A stretch of DNA of 64,000 bases from Geosiphon pyriformis uo1 (Eukaryota; Fungi; Glomeromycota), in contig JAAOMT010000071.1 of the NCBI GenBank assembly GCA_016748015.1, positions 262,863 to 326,862 of the forward strand. Direction: 5' to 3'. A program made the translations under genes and the position numbers. The notes beneath the pieces were generated by a model. It ran no database searches, had not been told where the DNA came from, and saw only the letters and a program-made list of their open reading frames with translations. Below, piece by piece: positions 39,368 through 52,679 of the stretch (within the stretch, counting starts at the first letter, position 1; each line of letters opens with the position of its first letter).

Positions 39368-40205
39368 TGTTACTCATAGAATATAGAAAGTAAATTAGCA
39401 TATAAATTAGCCAATTAAAAGTAACCATAGTAAAATGTGGAATTCCAGAATTCCTCCCAGAGAAATTGCAGGATTCCAAGAATTTCAGGATTCTCATACA
39501 AGAAATTCCAGGATTCTTCTCAAAAGAATTGCAGAATTCCAGGAATTCCAAGATTCCTGGTGTGAAAAATTGAGGAATTGAGGAATCTCAATTATGTATA
39601 TATAGCAGTAGTATTAGAAGTAGAAAAGACAGATCTTTCAGTTTGGATTTGATCTAAGCAATCTTTCACATCACCAATATCAATAAATAATTATTTAATA
39701 TCTCCAATCCACTCCCCACTATTAACACTTCATGTTAATAGTAATTGATACTTAACCACACTAGAACAATAGTTCTTGATCACAACTATTGACAAGATAC
39801 TAACTTGTAATTGCTTTTGCTTATTTTTTTATTTTCTTTTGGGTTTTTTTCTCTATTCTTCTTTTGTTATTTTTTTGGGTTTACTAATTAATTAAGAATT
39901 AAGTGCTGAATTATAGACATCATAAGGACTGGTAAAAGACCCATGAAACAAGGATAAAACACTCATAGATTTGAGGATAGCTTACCAGGAGAATTACTGG
40001 CCACCACACTGAAAAAAAAATTCGACAGAATTGTGATTTCAGAAGGCTATTGAAACAACTATTGAATCTCTGTTCATTATACAAAAAACTCCACAATCAC
40101 ACCTTCAAATCAACCAAATCTTCAGATATCAACACCAGAATATCAATCAAGCACCAAGTTATAGATTTATTATTTGTTTTGAGATCCAAATATCCACTTG
40201 TAACA
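39368..40205 (+). repeat. 3' LTR of B2
   Basis: PPT AAAAAGAAGGGAATAA then TGTTAC...GTAACA. Confidence 0.92.
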
Positions 40206-42406
40206 CCAAATAAGCATGTTAAGATCACAAAAATATTGTAAAAAGGCCTGTTTAAAAGTGATAAAGGTGATAGGTTTTTCTTTGAGACTTTGGTACTATG
40301 AGTCTATAGTTTTTATTAAGAAAAATGGCAGTACTTAAATTATTTTGTTATTATCTTAGTTATTGGTAATAATTGCTTTTTTGGCTTCTGCTATTTAGGT
40401 ATATGCATTATTTTTTTTGCTGAAAAATTTTTTCAATCTAGTAATATCTTGGTAAGCTATTATCTGAAAAATAAAAGATAGTTGACTTACTAATAATAAG
40501 AGATTTGATAAAAGTGTACTATATTGTTTTTTGGGTGCTAATTTTGGTTGTTTCTCTTTGTTAAGACCAATAAGTAGCAAGATGGCTGTTTCTTCTATAA
40601 GAATAGTTGTTAACTTTGTTAGAAACTGTGCTAGTAATGGTGCTTAAGAGAACATGCTTTTGTTGAGTTGACTGGCAGTTGAAGTAAGATTCTTAAATAA
40701 CAATTTGTATTTATTCAGGAATTTTGTTCAAAGATTATTATTGTGACTTCAAAAGTACAGAGTTCCAGGAGTTCTTGAAGTTTTTGTTTGTGTTTCTTTG
40801 AGTTGGTTAAATAAGATTCTACTTTCTGGTGTCTAATAATATAAAGAAGTGGTTGGTAAAAGGAACCTTAATTTCTTGTTAATTGTGAATTGAACTTTTT
40901 CTTGTGTAGCTGTTGTATTATTGGATTTGAACTCAAATTCTATAAAGTTGGGCTTTACTATTTGTTTTTCTTTTACTTAAAGATACTATTGTGTCATGTA
41001 TTCTTTAATTTCTCTGTTAATTATATAAAAGATCTTAGTTATAACTTGGGTAGTGGTTTCTGTTAAGTATGTTAATAATTTTTGGTGTATTTGTTCTCTG
41101 ATTTTTTTTGTGTCTATTGCTTAGCTTAGCAAACAATCAATTTTTGCATAAAGATATTGACAAAAATCTCTTTTAGTAAAGATGGCTTTAAGTAATATTC
41201 CCAAATCTTTCCTAAAATATTGAAATAAGGCTTTTCCATACAGTAAGTGATCTTTTCCTACTAATTTAATAGTTGCTATTTTTTAAATTTCTGGGGTGCT
41301 CTGTTTCTGTGGATTTTATAAACTTACAAAAAGCACCAAATATTATAAGTAAACTTGGTAATATATGGTAGTAATGTTTGATGTTCAAGATTTTGGGTTT
41401 TTAGGGAGTTTTTGATGGTTTTTTTTGGTAGGCTTGTTTGTTGTATCAATGTTATCAGTCTTTGAAGATTTGTTTGATTGTTATAAATTTATTCATGAAA
41501 TTCTTTGGTTATAAGGCACAGAAAGATGTTTTGTGGTGTTGCAACTTTTTGTATGTCAATATGAATTATCTTTTTCAAGTTAATGAGCATAGTTATTAGG
41601 ATCTGACAGTGTTTTTTGCTCTTCTGGTAAGCTACCAAGATAATATTAATATCTAAACTTAGAAAAAGCTTCCCTTTTTTACCAGACTATCATGAAGTTT
41701 ATTTCTTAACAATTAATTTTTCTATATTGCTGTTCTACAAAAGAGAATAAAAGAAAATAAATAAATAAATAAATAAAAATAAAAAAAAATAAAAAAAAAT
41801 AAATTAGTATTATTAATTGTTGTGATCAAAAGTAATTAGTCCAGATTGTTAAGAGTTCAAAACATTTATGCTAAGAGCATCTGTTCTGAAACAAAAGTAT
41901 GAAACAAAAATTAGTTTAATTTAAGCATAGAATAATTAATAACTATGTATTGATAATTTCAAGTTTTTTAAATAAGTTTTTTATTTTTATATAATATAAT
42001 AATTATAAAGAAAAGAAAAATTAATTTTTTTCTGGCTGTTTTTTTAATTTCTACAACTACTTATTTTTATATATATTTTTTGGTTTTACAGAATTGTTTT
42101 TTAATTGTTTCATTTTTGCTAACTATTGTTTTGCTATTTTTGTTATCATTTTGTTTTTCTATGTTATTACTAGTTATTCTATGTTTCAATTAGTTATTTC
42201 ATACTATAACACATTATTGAGTTTTGTTTTATGTTATTCTGAGTTATTATGTATTATTCTGTGTTTTTTTATATTATTTTGTGTTATTTCATGTTATTAC
42301 ATTTTTGGTCACATTTTTCTCCATAACTTTGAATTGGTTTTTTTATTCAAATAATAGTATTTATATGATCATAATTATTTAAGTGTGCTGTATATATACT
42401 GTAATA
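40206..42406 (-). mobile_element. Older LTR retrotransposon, family C: decayed 5' LTR (~41341-42406), PBS and 5' gag
   Basis: PBS TGGTGCTTTTG at ~41328-41338; decayed termini TATTA/GTAATA; gag-like AYQDITRLKKF...FKQAFLQYF truncated by B2. Confidence 0.7.
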
Positions 42407-42935
42407 AGATGAAGTTCTTAAACTATAGCTTTAACTACAGCCTGAACTTGTTAGTTTATTGGGATTTGCTAAGAGAACACTCTTTTTTTTGGGTGTCTTT
42501 AATTAGTGGGGTTTTTGTCTTATTTATAGTTCTTTAAGATTTGGCTTTAAGTGTTTTTAATATGAGGTTATATATAATATTATACAAGAGTTTTATGCTT
42601 AAAAATTGGTTAATAAAGACCAAGACTTCTTTTGGGAATGTTAATACTACCATTAATAAGCTGATTAAGTTTGTTTGAAGTTTGATTATTGAATACAAAA
42701 AAAGAATATGATTGTTTAATTTAAAGCTTTAAACTAATATAGACTATAAAAATTTGTTGTGTTAAGATTATTTTGTGTTTAATATTATTTGGAATCTTTT
42801 TGCTAAAGTTTTAAACAGTGTTATTTGGTTGTTTGGAATAGAAAAGGGCTATTTAGTTGGTTTTAGTTTGAATATAGGTTATTTATTTTATGCTAATGTT
42901 GTCAAAAATGTTTCTGTTAATATAATTATGTAATA
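42407..42935 (+). mobile_element. Highly decayed 3' end of a LINE ORF2
   Basis: Translates LYIILYKSFMLKNW and ends VSVNIIM*, matching LYSIVYKSFVLDEW...VNINIGV* of ORF 44653-45402. Confidence 0.55.
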
Positions 42936-42939
42936 TAAC

Positions 42940-44325
42940 CTTAATTAACCAGATGTTTGGTTATATGTAATAAGTGTGTAATTTATATCTAATTTAGAAC
43001 TCTAGACAGTTATATTGTATTAGATAAAAATTAAATCTTATTTATAATTGCAAATAAAAAAAAAACATATAATTTAATTAAATATAATATGACAATACTT
43101 TTTTAAAAACTTATTAAAATAATATTACTAATTAATAAATATAGTTCTTATTTTAATTTTTAAAGTTAAGTAATTGATTTAAAACTTGTAATAAAAACTT
43201 TTATTATACTAAAAAAATCTTATTTACTCTTTAAAAATAAGATTATATTTTTAAAAAAGTAGTTATAATACAATATATTAATAAAAAACTCTCTTTTTAC
43301 CAATATTATATTTTTAAAGTATAATAAAAAAATACCAATAAATTTGTATTTTAACAATGACTAAAAAATTATATTAAAATATATTAATATTTTTTTAATA
43401 TTAAAAAATATAAAAAAACAACTATTTTTTTTGGAAAAAATAATAAGTTTTTTCTATTTGTAACAAAGAAAAAATAGTTATTACTTAAATTTATTTTATG
43501 TATTAGAGTATTATAACAAAGTAAAAATATCTAAATATAATGTTTATTATTTTTTAATTATAAGCAATTATATTTATTTCTGTTATTTTATTTATAATAC
43601 ATATTTTTTAATCTTTTTACTAGTTGTATTACACAAAAAAAATCAATATTGAAAATAACAAAAATAATTATTTAATTAAAAACAACTTATTAATTTAACT
43701 AATAATTTTTTTGTTAATTTTAAACAAGTATTAATCTTATAAAGTTATAAAATATTCTTAAAAAAATAAAAAAATAATTATATTTTTATATTTAAAGTTT
43801 TAAAAAGTTTTATAATTAGAGAATAATAAAAAAACTATAATTTAATATATAAATTAGATTGTATTTTTATATTCTAATTAATTAATAAATTATGTATCAT
43901 TTAAAATCATAAAATTTTAATAATTTTTATTTTAATTGACTAATAAAAATCCAAAATCACATGTTATATAAAATTATATAAGATATAAGATTTTGAATTT
44001 TTCTTTTTTTTTCTTTTATAATGATATAATATATATTTATTTTCTAATTATAATTAGTATTATTAATATATAATTAAGTTTTAAATTTAATCATTTAAAT
44101 TTGATTATCTTAATTAATAGTTTATAAAAAAATAATATGTTAAATAAATTTACAATTAATTTAATATATGAAAATAGTTAATATACTTAAATAATCTTAA
44201 TATAATATATAAATTTAATGTAATTTAACTATAAATATAAATTTTTTATTAGTTTAAAAAAGTATTAATTTTATATTAACAACTTTTTTTTTTAATTTTA
44301 TAATAAAAAATTGATTTTTTATATA

Positions 44326-44404
<79 letters not shown>

Positions 44405-44510
44405 AATATTAATTATTAATATTTTAAATATTATATACTTATTATTAATATTTTAAATTTTTATTATTTTATATTCTTAATATATGTTATTTATATTTTA
44501 TATTATGTTT
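42940..44510. other. Extremely AT-rich low-complexity tract
   Basis: Almost devoid of G/C; no ORFs. Confidence 0.85.
44328..44396 (+). repeat. Poly(T) homopolymer, ~69 nt
   Basis: Uninterrupted T run. Confidence 0.95.
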
Positions 44511-44652
44511 TATTTTTTTTTATTTTTTTCCACTTTTATTGAATGAAGCCCAACTGCTATCTAGTACATAGAGCCAAACTAAGTGACCCAAATTAAATAC
44601 AATATACGCACTTACTACATATGGCTAGCCACTTAGACTAGTCAAGGCAACA

Positions 44653-47600
44653 CTACACACCTATATTGATATTAACAACACTATCTAGACCAGAAAAAAA
44701 ACAGCATAGCAAATGATGACCAAAGCTAACAGTGAATAATTCAACTACACCAAGTATTCTAATCACTTCACCCGACAATATAGAAGAAACATCACGAGAC
44801 AGATCAGAAACAACTTCACTATCAGCAACCAAACCAGTCTTCTCCATCCATACCTTGTGCTCAGATCTCACCAACCATGCCTTCACACAATATAAATCAG
44901 CTACAAACCTAACAAAACTGACAACTTCACCAATAGTCTGCTTCTTATTCTCAAATACACTCTGAGCTTCCTCGTACCATTCATCTAGCACAAAGCTCTT
45001 ATACACAATAGAATACAAACTTACATCCAAAGAACAAGCAGACAATGTCCACAAAACAGCTGAAAACAACGAATCACAAAGACCCACCACTAAAACCCAA
45101 TGAGCAGAAGTCTTAACCAGAACCTCATCATGAATAACAACATCCCGAGAGCATGTAAAGGCATGGTCAGAAAATTCCACTTCACTACACAGCAGGCACA
45201 ATATGCCAGGATAACCCTTATCATACAGTCTTTTCCGAACAGCTACCGGAAGGTGCCTGTGCACAGCTTTTATCAAATATGAGTGCAAATTTGAAGTTTT
45301 CCGACCAGTAAACTCAGTGAGCATATGAGAGTTTGAATGCCAAACTTTCGCAGTAGAAATCCAGTTTACACATCCAATAAAGTCAACAGATATTACACCC
45401 ACACCAAGTCCAGCCTCCTAGTAAACACAATTAATAGATCAAAAAATGTCTCTTACAAAGTGGTGGGCATTACCAGAGATTGCTGTGTTTTCAGCCACCA
45501 AATAATGTTCATAAACTCCAGTCAACAAAGAGAAGGGAGATTGAGCAGCATTTCCAGCCACCAAATCAGTCTTGACATTACTTAAAACGCCAGAATGGCC
45601 CTTAATCTTAACTCAGACCACCTCAAGATCTTTTTTCCTAACCAAATTGAAAATATGGCATCTTTCTAACCAGTACCAATTATGAAAATCAGACATGGTA
45701 CAAGACAACTCTGACAAGCAGACATCAATAGCAGCTTGGCTATCAGTATGTAAAATCACTTGACAAGAGGAAGGTACACACTCAAGAGCCAACATAACAG
45801 CCTGTAACTCAGCCAGAGTAGAGAACAGTAGACCACCAACCACAACACCAATATTTCTATCCAAAACCAGAAAATATGCAGCAACATCACAAGCAGTATC
45901 AACTGAGCCAGCATTTCTTAAAGATCCATCATACAACTCATCTTTCACCAGAGAAAACACTTCAGAATCTAAAACATTTGTATTAACAAACTGAGCAAAA
46001 CCAGCAGAACTGGAAGCAGAAAAGCCCTAAACCAACATAAACTCGAACACGACTGAAAACCAGAAAGGCATAGGGCCTCGTGGGTCCAACTTCTTCCAAC
46101 AATGAAAAGTCTTCCAATCTAGCACACAGCCTCTCTTATCCTAAATCCGATCATCAAAAGCAACTCCAAAACACTTCAGAGAGCAAACAGAATTAAAATA
46201 CTCAGAACTACCTAGAATTAACAAAAGTGGAAAATGATCTGGACTGCAAAAGGCATTGGGAAGATTATTAGCCAAGGAAAGCTCATTACTTAAAAAAATC
46301 TTCACAATCCCAGCCAAAAAGTTGTTGACTAGACTAACATGCAACTTGACAGAAAACTGCAAAAGATCCAGAAGAGCCTAGCCAAGAACCTGCAAGTCTA
46401 AAAACCTATGATCAAACAAACACCCAAGGACCTCAGAGGCATTAAAAAAGGACACCAAAGCAGCAATCTTCCGTTCAGATTGCACTTGTTCAAAAGTTTT
46501 CAAGCCATACAAAAAAGAATGATGTAAGACAGCATCCAGAAAATCATAAGACAAACCAGCTTTGGACTTAAGACCCTTCCTAACCATGACATCCCATTTG
46601 CAACAAACACCAGATGAAACAAAACTAAACTGAGTCTGGTAACTAACAATAGGCTACAAGACAGCTGAGACCAAATACAAGAACTGCTTATTTGTGATAG
46701 TTTTCCTGAGCACGATGTTGACAAAAAAACAAACATCAAAATGAGCTTTGAATACACTAGATTTAGACAAACCCTTCATAGACAAAAAGATATCCACATA
46801 ACAATGAGCTTTGCTTTTTTTAGCAATCGAGATTGGCTGATCACAAATACTCAGAGAGGCAACCTTAACACCCTGATTAATGGAAATAACCACTGTCTTA
46901 TCATTATTAATAGAAATATCATTGATTTTGAAGAACTCACTGGCAATGTTCAGAGCATATTGAGTAGAGGCCTGACAATTTTCAATCCAAATCATATCAT
47001 CAATGAACGCACCAGCTGCCAAGTAAGATGTCATCCCATCCATACTCTCAACTCTGCCCATCTTCACAACAAACTTAAAATTAACATGGTATCTGCGCAA
47101 ATGCTTGTGTTATTTCACTTCATATAAGAGTGAATCATAGAAAATTCTCCATAAGAGAAATGAAAAAACTTCACTCTGGTCCAATCCATCATGTATATTA
47201 TAGCCATCTGACAAGCCGAAATCAGTCATCACTCTGTTAACCCTATCCTTATGAATGTTCCCAAAAAACCCAATAAATCTCTTACATATTTTGATGTGCC
47301 GCAAACTAGCTTTTAAGTGAGGCCAATCAACAGAATCATATGCCTTCCATATATCCTACAAAACCAACCAAATTTCCCTATTCTTTTCAAGAGCATTCTC
47401 CATAACTAAACCAATTGCAAATACTGGAGATTACATAGAAGTACCATAGAGCACTGAAAAATTATTACTCCAGAGAACACCAAACTTACTACAAGCCAAA
47501 GAGATGTGATTAGACAAAATCTTAGACAAAATCTTTTTGGCAGTCTCAATCAAAGCAATAGGTTGAGTATTAGTAAGAACTCTATCCCAATTATAAGGCT

Positions 47601-49311
47601 TAAGGATCATTAAGACCTACGCCCTCTTCCACAAAGTAGGCACCATACCAACAGATAAGCACACATTCAGCAACACCAAAAGGCATTCCAACATCTCACC
47701 ACAACCATGTTTCCAGAGTTCATTGGGAATACCAGACAAGTCAGCAGCTTTGTCATCAGGCAGGCCATTAGTAACCGAAAGCAATTCACCCATGCTAATC
47801 ACATTCATTATATTAGAAAAGGCATCATCTTTAACATAGTTCAAAGGTGCATACTGACAAGTCCAGAGATCAGGTAGCATTATAGGCATCACATGCTTCC
47901 ATGTCCAACCCTTCATAATTTTGTCAACACTTGACCTGACCTCCTTCAGCTTCAATATCAACTCATTATTAACCACCAAGTGATCCAACACCACCTTTTG
48001 AAATGGCCGATCTAGAACATTCCTAATTATACTTCTTTTGTCCGAGCAAAATCGTTTTATACACCTCTCAATAGTCTTTCTAATAGTAGCCTCTTGTAGC
48101 AACTTTGACTCAAACATCTTGGATTTTCTGTACCCCTTTTTAACGAGCAATAAATAACTAAGAAGGTCCTCTACTTTTTGGTCACCACAAACCATGTTTT
48201 CTAGAACGAGAGCTTTACCAACATCCAGAGCTGACCATTTTTTCATGAATCAATCGAAACCAAAAATATCAGCAGAGGTCAGGCATTTAACTATTTTGGC
48301 AACCAGCAACTCCAAACCCAGGAACCTAGAAGAATGTTTATTTTTTGAGCACTGAAAATCACAAAACCAATGTCTGGAAAATATTTCATCTGCAGAATCT
48401 ATCACCATCTTTTCCAGCAAAGACCACATAGCATCCAAATTAAGACCAGCAGCAGTGCCAAAAAACCTTCCCTTTATCTCCAACATTTTAGCAGAGGAAC
48501 ATTCCTTAAAATGGGACCACCCAGCACCATTAGCATCCTTGATCCTAAACTTTCAATGGTCTTTGTTGGCCTGCTTACACAAATCATTCAGCCGAATATC
48601 TAAGAGCCCACTTAGGCCAACTGATATTATGACAGATTTGTGATCTGTATTGAAAAAATCAGAAACAGAATTAACACAATGCTTTATAACAACAGAAGAT
48701 AGAGTCCCACTAACAAGAATAAAATCAATTGTTTTTTTCACTTCCTTAAAATTGCTCCATGTAGCCATTTTGACCAAAGAGTGTCCAGCAAAAGAATTGA
48801 CTAAACCCAAACCCAAACAGAACTTAAAATTCGCACTCCTCCCAGAATTATTCTTGTTGAAATTACCACCCAGAATGACAAAAGTGCTGGAGTTAACAGC
48901 CTTAGCAATAAGAAAATTCACTGCAGAAGCCTGAGCAAACCTAGTCCCAGGAGAAGCACCAGCATACAAACCCAGAATTGTAACCAAAAACTTGCCTTTA
49001 AACAAAAGCTGAATCAAAATCAAATGACCAGGAATCTCTTCAACCCTAGAAACATAATGAGCCAAAGAGTTGTTCATAATCACAGCAACGTCAGCACCGA
49101 AATAACCAATATCCAACCCAGAAGTAAAAATCCGAACCCCATCAAATTTGTCCCTGATCCATAATCCAGAAGAGAACTTTAATTTTGTCTTAGCAACAAA
49201 GGAAATCATATTTCCAGAACTTACATGCCAATGGATTATGTCTGCCTGTTTTACAGGGACATTGATACCCCGAATGTTGCACATAACTAATTTTTAGACT
49301 AAATTACTCAT
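44653..49311 (-). pseudogene. LINE ORF2 (APE-RT-RNase H-zinc finger)
   Basis: Fragments 48553-49284, 47617-48246, 46654-47304, 45613-45960 and 44653-45402. Confidence 0.88.
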
Positions 49312-51176
49312 TGGGATGAAGGAAATAAGGACGAACCCGAATCAGAACACAAGAGATCCAATCTCACCAGAATCAAACCAAATAAAGCTTTTAGAGCAGA
49401 CAATTTGGATTACAAACTGCCCACCTTAGAGATAAGAACCTTAGAACCACTTGAACTAAGACCAGCAGCAAGTTCATTACTATCAGAAAGAGGGGGAATG
49501 GACAAAGCCAACATATCATCCAGAGCCATATCTAAATCCACAACCAAAGCCAAAAACACTGAACCAGCCATAAAAGGAGCACAAAAAGTGAATGCCAAAG
49601 GCACCAGATCAACAAAACTCAATTTTTTAAGAATAACAGAAACCTGATCCGAAAGAATTTCCAAAGAACACTCCAAAACTGCCAAATAATCACCCAAACC
49701 ATCAACCTGAGGACCAGAAGAACCAAAAGAGAGAGGCATACTACCAGAGAGCAAACCAGAACCAGAAAGAGAGCCACCAGAAAAGGAGGCAAGAGACACC
49801 ACTTAAGCCCACAATTTTCCGCCAAAGGCAGCAAGGCAAGAGATAGGAACATTTTTTTTTGCATACAACCTGGCTAATTGAAGACAATTAAAACCAGAAG
49901 CAGACTTCTTAAATGAATTTGGGAGGCCAGAAGATGACTCAACTGATGCATTACACTCCAGAGTAGAATGGCCAAAACACTCATACTTCTCACACCAAAC
50001 CAAATCCAACCTAGTCCATAAGAGACGCACTCCACCAAAAATAGGCTCAGTGAGAAAAGCAGATTCCAACTCCTTATTAGATTCAAAGCCAACCACAGCA
50101 CAATGAAATCTATTGCCAGTTTCCAATGAACAATTGATGATGCAAGTTTTTCCACCAGTCTTTTCCAAAAGAATACCAAAATCATGTGCAGTTGTTCTCA
50201 CTGGCAAAGTAAACAACAATGCCTTGAATTAATTTCTTGATGCCTAGATATTGTGATTTTCTGCTGCTTTGGCAACACATACTGAATTCTTTCCAATTAG
50301 GAATGACTATTTTAAGGCCAACAAATTAGCTTGACTTGATTTAATAAACTCCACCACAGTCTTTTGTTATATTCTAATTAACTGAATTTTAATTAACTTA
50401 ATATGCCCAAACTCGGAAACTGCAATGATGATCATATCTCTAGGCATGTTCATGAGAATTTTTTTAATTACTATGGCCCAATCTGAATGAAATCCTTGTT
50501 TCTTAAGATCATTGTTTACACTGATTTCATTTTTGCCAACCAATAAAACAGCCTTCTTCATGCTTTCCTCTAATGTAAATGTTGATTTGATAATTCTTTC
50601 AAATTTTGAGGGAGTAGTGACTCCTCCAAAACCATTGATTTTTGAAAAAATTTTTCTGATGAACTGAGTTTTTTGCATAGCCAATTTTCTTTTTACAGCC
50701 AAAAAATTAATGTTTAAAGCAAATAATTTTTTAACCAACACCTCTACAGAAGTTTTGATGATCTTGAGATCAATTCAAATCTTATCCAAAGGAACTTTTT
50801 TTCTAAGAGGGGGCAAAAAGGGCTTCATCTTTTTATCTATTTTAAAGTCAGGAGAACCAATAGGAGAACTGAAATTCATACCAGTATTCATTCGTTTAGC
50901 CTTGGGAGTGTTAACAGCCAAGTCCAAGAAAGAACCATCAAAACCACCAGACATACTAACATTTTTATCATCACCAGATAGGCTCTCCACATCAGAATAT
51001 ACACTAGCACCAGAACCAGACTTCAAAAAAATATTCTTTTCATCACTAAAATATTTAATATTTCTAAGAGAAGCTTTCTTTTTTTGTGAAAAGGAACCAT
51101 CAGCAGGACCATGAAACACGCTCTTAGGAGTCTTTTTACTAGACATGCCACCACTAGAGACAGCTTTCAAATCCAT
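49308..51176 (-). pseudogene. LINE ORF1 (RNA-binding; CCHC knuckle remnant CEKYECFGHSTLEC)
   Basis: Fragments 50775-51176, 50367-50741, 49803-50219 and 49410-49802. Confidence 0.8.
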
Positions 51177-51949
51177 GACAAAAGGGTTGTTAGTTAAAGA
51201 AATGTTGATATATTAATAACAAGAAAAACAAAAAACTTCTTTTCTTAGAAAAGTGCTCATTGGGGTTTTTTGGAGGTAGGAAAGAAAAAAAAGTCTTATT
51301 TTAACAAATAAATTATTGATTTTATTATTTAATCTTGTTTTTATTATAATTATATTATTAAATATATAATTTTAATATTATTTATGTTTTTTTATAAATT
51401 TTTTAATGATTCTATAAATTAAGTCTTTAAATATTATATATTTTTGATAATTAATTAAAAAAAATTCTGGTTATAATATTGTTAAGTTAGTTTTAATTTT
51501 TGATTGAAAATATTTCTTATATTTTTATAAAATTTAAATATATTTTTTATTAAACTCTTATTAAAACTGGTTTTTGTCCAAAAATAAATAATAATAATCA
51601 TATTTTTTCTTATTTTAAAATCTGTTTATTATTTTTTTTACTTTTCTAAAAACTAATATTATTCATATATTTATGTATATACTATAATTAATTATATATA
51701 TATAATAATGTATATTGCTTAAAAAAAACATTGTTATTGTTAAAAAAATCAACAAATTCGTGTTTTTCTTTTAGCAATAATGTTTTACAAAAATTAATAA
51801 TTGTATAAATCAAAAAAAAGAAAAAAAAATAGTAAAAAAAAATTAAATAAGTTGATATTGTTGTATTAATTTTTGTTTTAAATGAATTAATTTAAATGTA
51901 AATGAATTTTTATAGTTTTAAAAAAGCTTACTTATATACTTGTAAAAAA

Positions 51950-52072
51950 AAATTAATGATTAAGTTAGTAATTACATTAATAATTTGGTCAATAATCAGA
52001 TTAATAATCAAGTTAATAACTAAATCAATAATTAAGTCGATAATTAAATCAATAATCACATCAACAATTAGT
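51950..52072 (+). repeat. Degenerate 12-bp tandem repeat (~TAATAATCAAGT, ~10 units)
   Basis: Visible 12-nt periodicity. Confidence 0.65.
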
Positions 52073-52679
52073 TCTAAAAATAAAATGGTTAATTAATAAT
52101 ATTAGTAACTAATATATATAACTAACTATGCTTAAATAAAATAATAAAAGCTTATTGTTTTAAAAACCCAAATGTAAAATTTGGTTTTAGTAATTACAAT
52201 ATTTGAAATAAAATTAAGTATTTCGTAAAAAAAATGAATTATTTTTAATTTTATACAATTAAAAAAGATGAAAATAAGTTATTTATTAAGTATATCACTT
52301 TTAAGAATACAATAGTTTTAATTGGTTCTAAAATATGTATATGTAAAAAAATTTAAAAACTAAATTATTAAAACATCTATTTTTGATACATCCAAATATG
52401 AAAAATTTCCCGCCCGGATCCTGACTCACTTTTTTAGTTGTGATTTCAAAAATTGAGGGTTGCGAAATGTCACAAATGTTTACTTTTCAAAAAAGCAAAG
52501 TTGCACGAAAGTCGAAGCTTTCGTGCTTATGTCAGGTGATCCTGAATCCTCGTTTTTTCGCATATGGCTCGTAAGTATAATTTATAAGGGCAGGTGACCA
52601 GATCATTAAATCCTAGAGGTTAACATTTACTAGTGCATCTCCTATCAGCTTCTATACTTTTCAAGCCACTCGGTCAATC

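Larger units (their letters stand above)
12306..40205 (+). mobile_element. Ty3/Gypsy family B copy B2 (segments 12306-16615 and 36352-40205), interrupted by B3 and inserted into the gag of element C
   Basis: Gag capsid, CCHC, protease, Cys-rich domain, dUTPase (14964-15632) and RT N-terminus to 16615. RT resumes at 36352, followed by RNase H, integrase from 37302, ORF3 ~38695-39353, PPT and LTR 39368-40205. Confidence 0.9.
44510..51295 (-). mobile_element. Non-LTR retrotransposon (LINE), full-length but degenerate
   Basis: ORF1 and ORF2 with APE (CNIRGIN, ILGGNFN, IDFIL, TDHK), RT (AFIDD), RNase H (DGS, AELQAV, TDSQA, KGHSG) and C-terminal CLLC..DHAFTC; AATAAA and an A-rich tail at ~44510-44540. 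Confidence 0.92.

Noticed and set aside
42094-42354. 86-aa hydrophobic ORF as a membrane protein
   Set aside because: Arises from the TGTTATT-type repeats of the family C LTR
381-51114. Numerous short antisense or alternate-frame ORFs inside the TEs (e.g. 3486-3827, 33084-33359, 46741-47127, 50710-51114)
   Set aside because: Shadows of TE coding strands with biased composition; no independent motifs
51902-52096. 64-aa ORF with repeated LII/SII
   Set aside because: Translation of the 12-bp tandem repeat
52404-52416. E2F-like site TTTCCCGCC upstream of ThrRS
   Set aside because: A single short motif cannot be supported without conservation data
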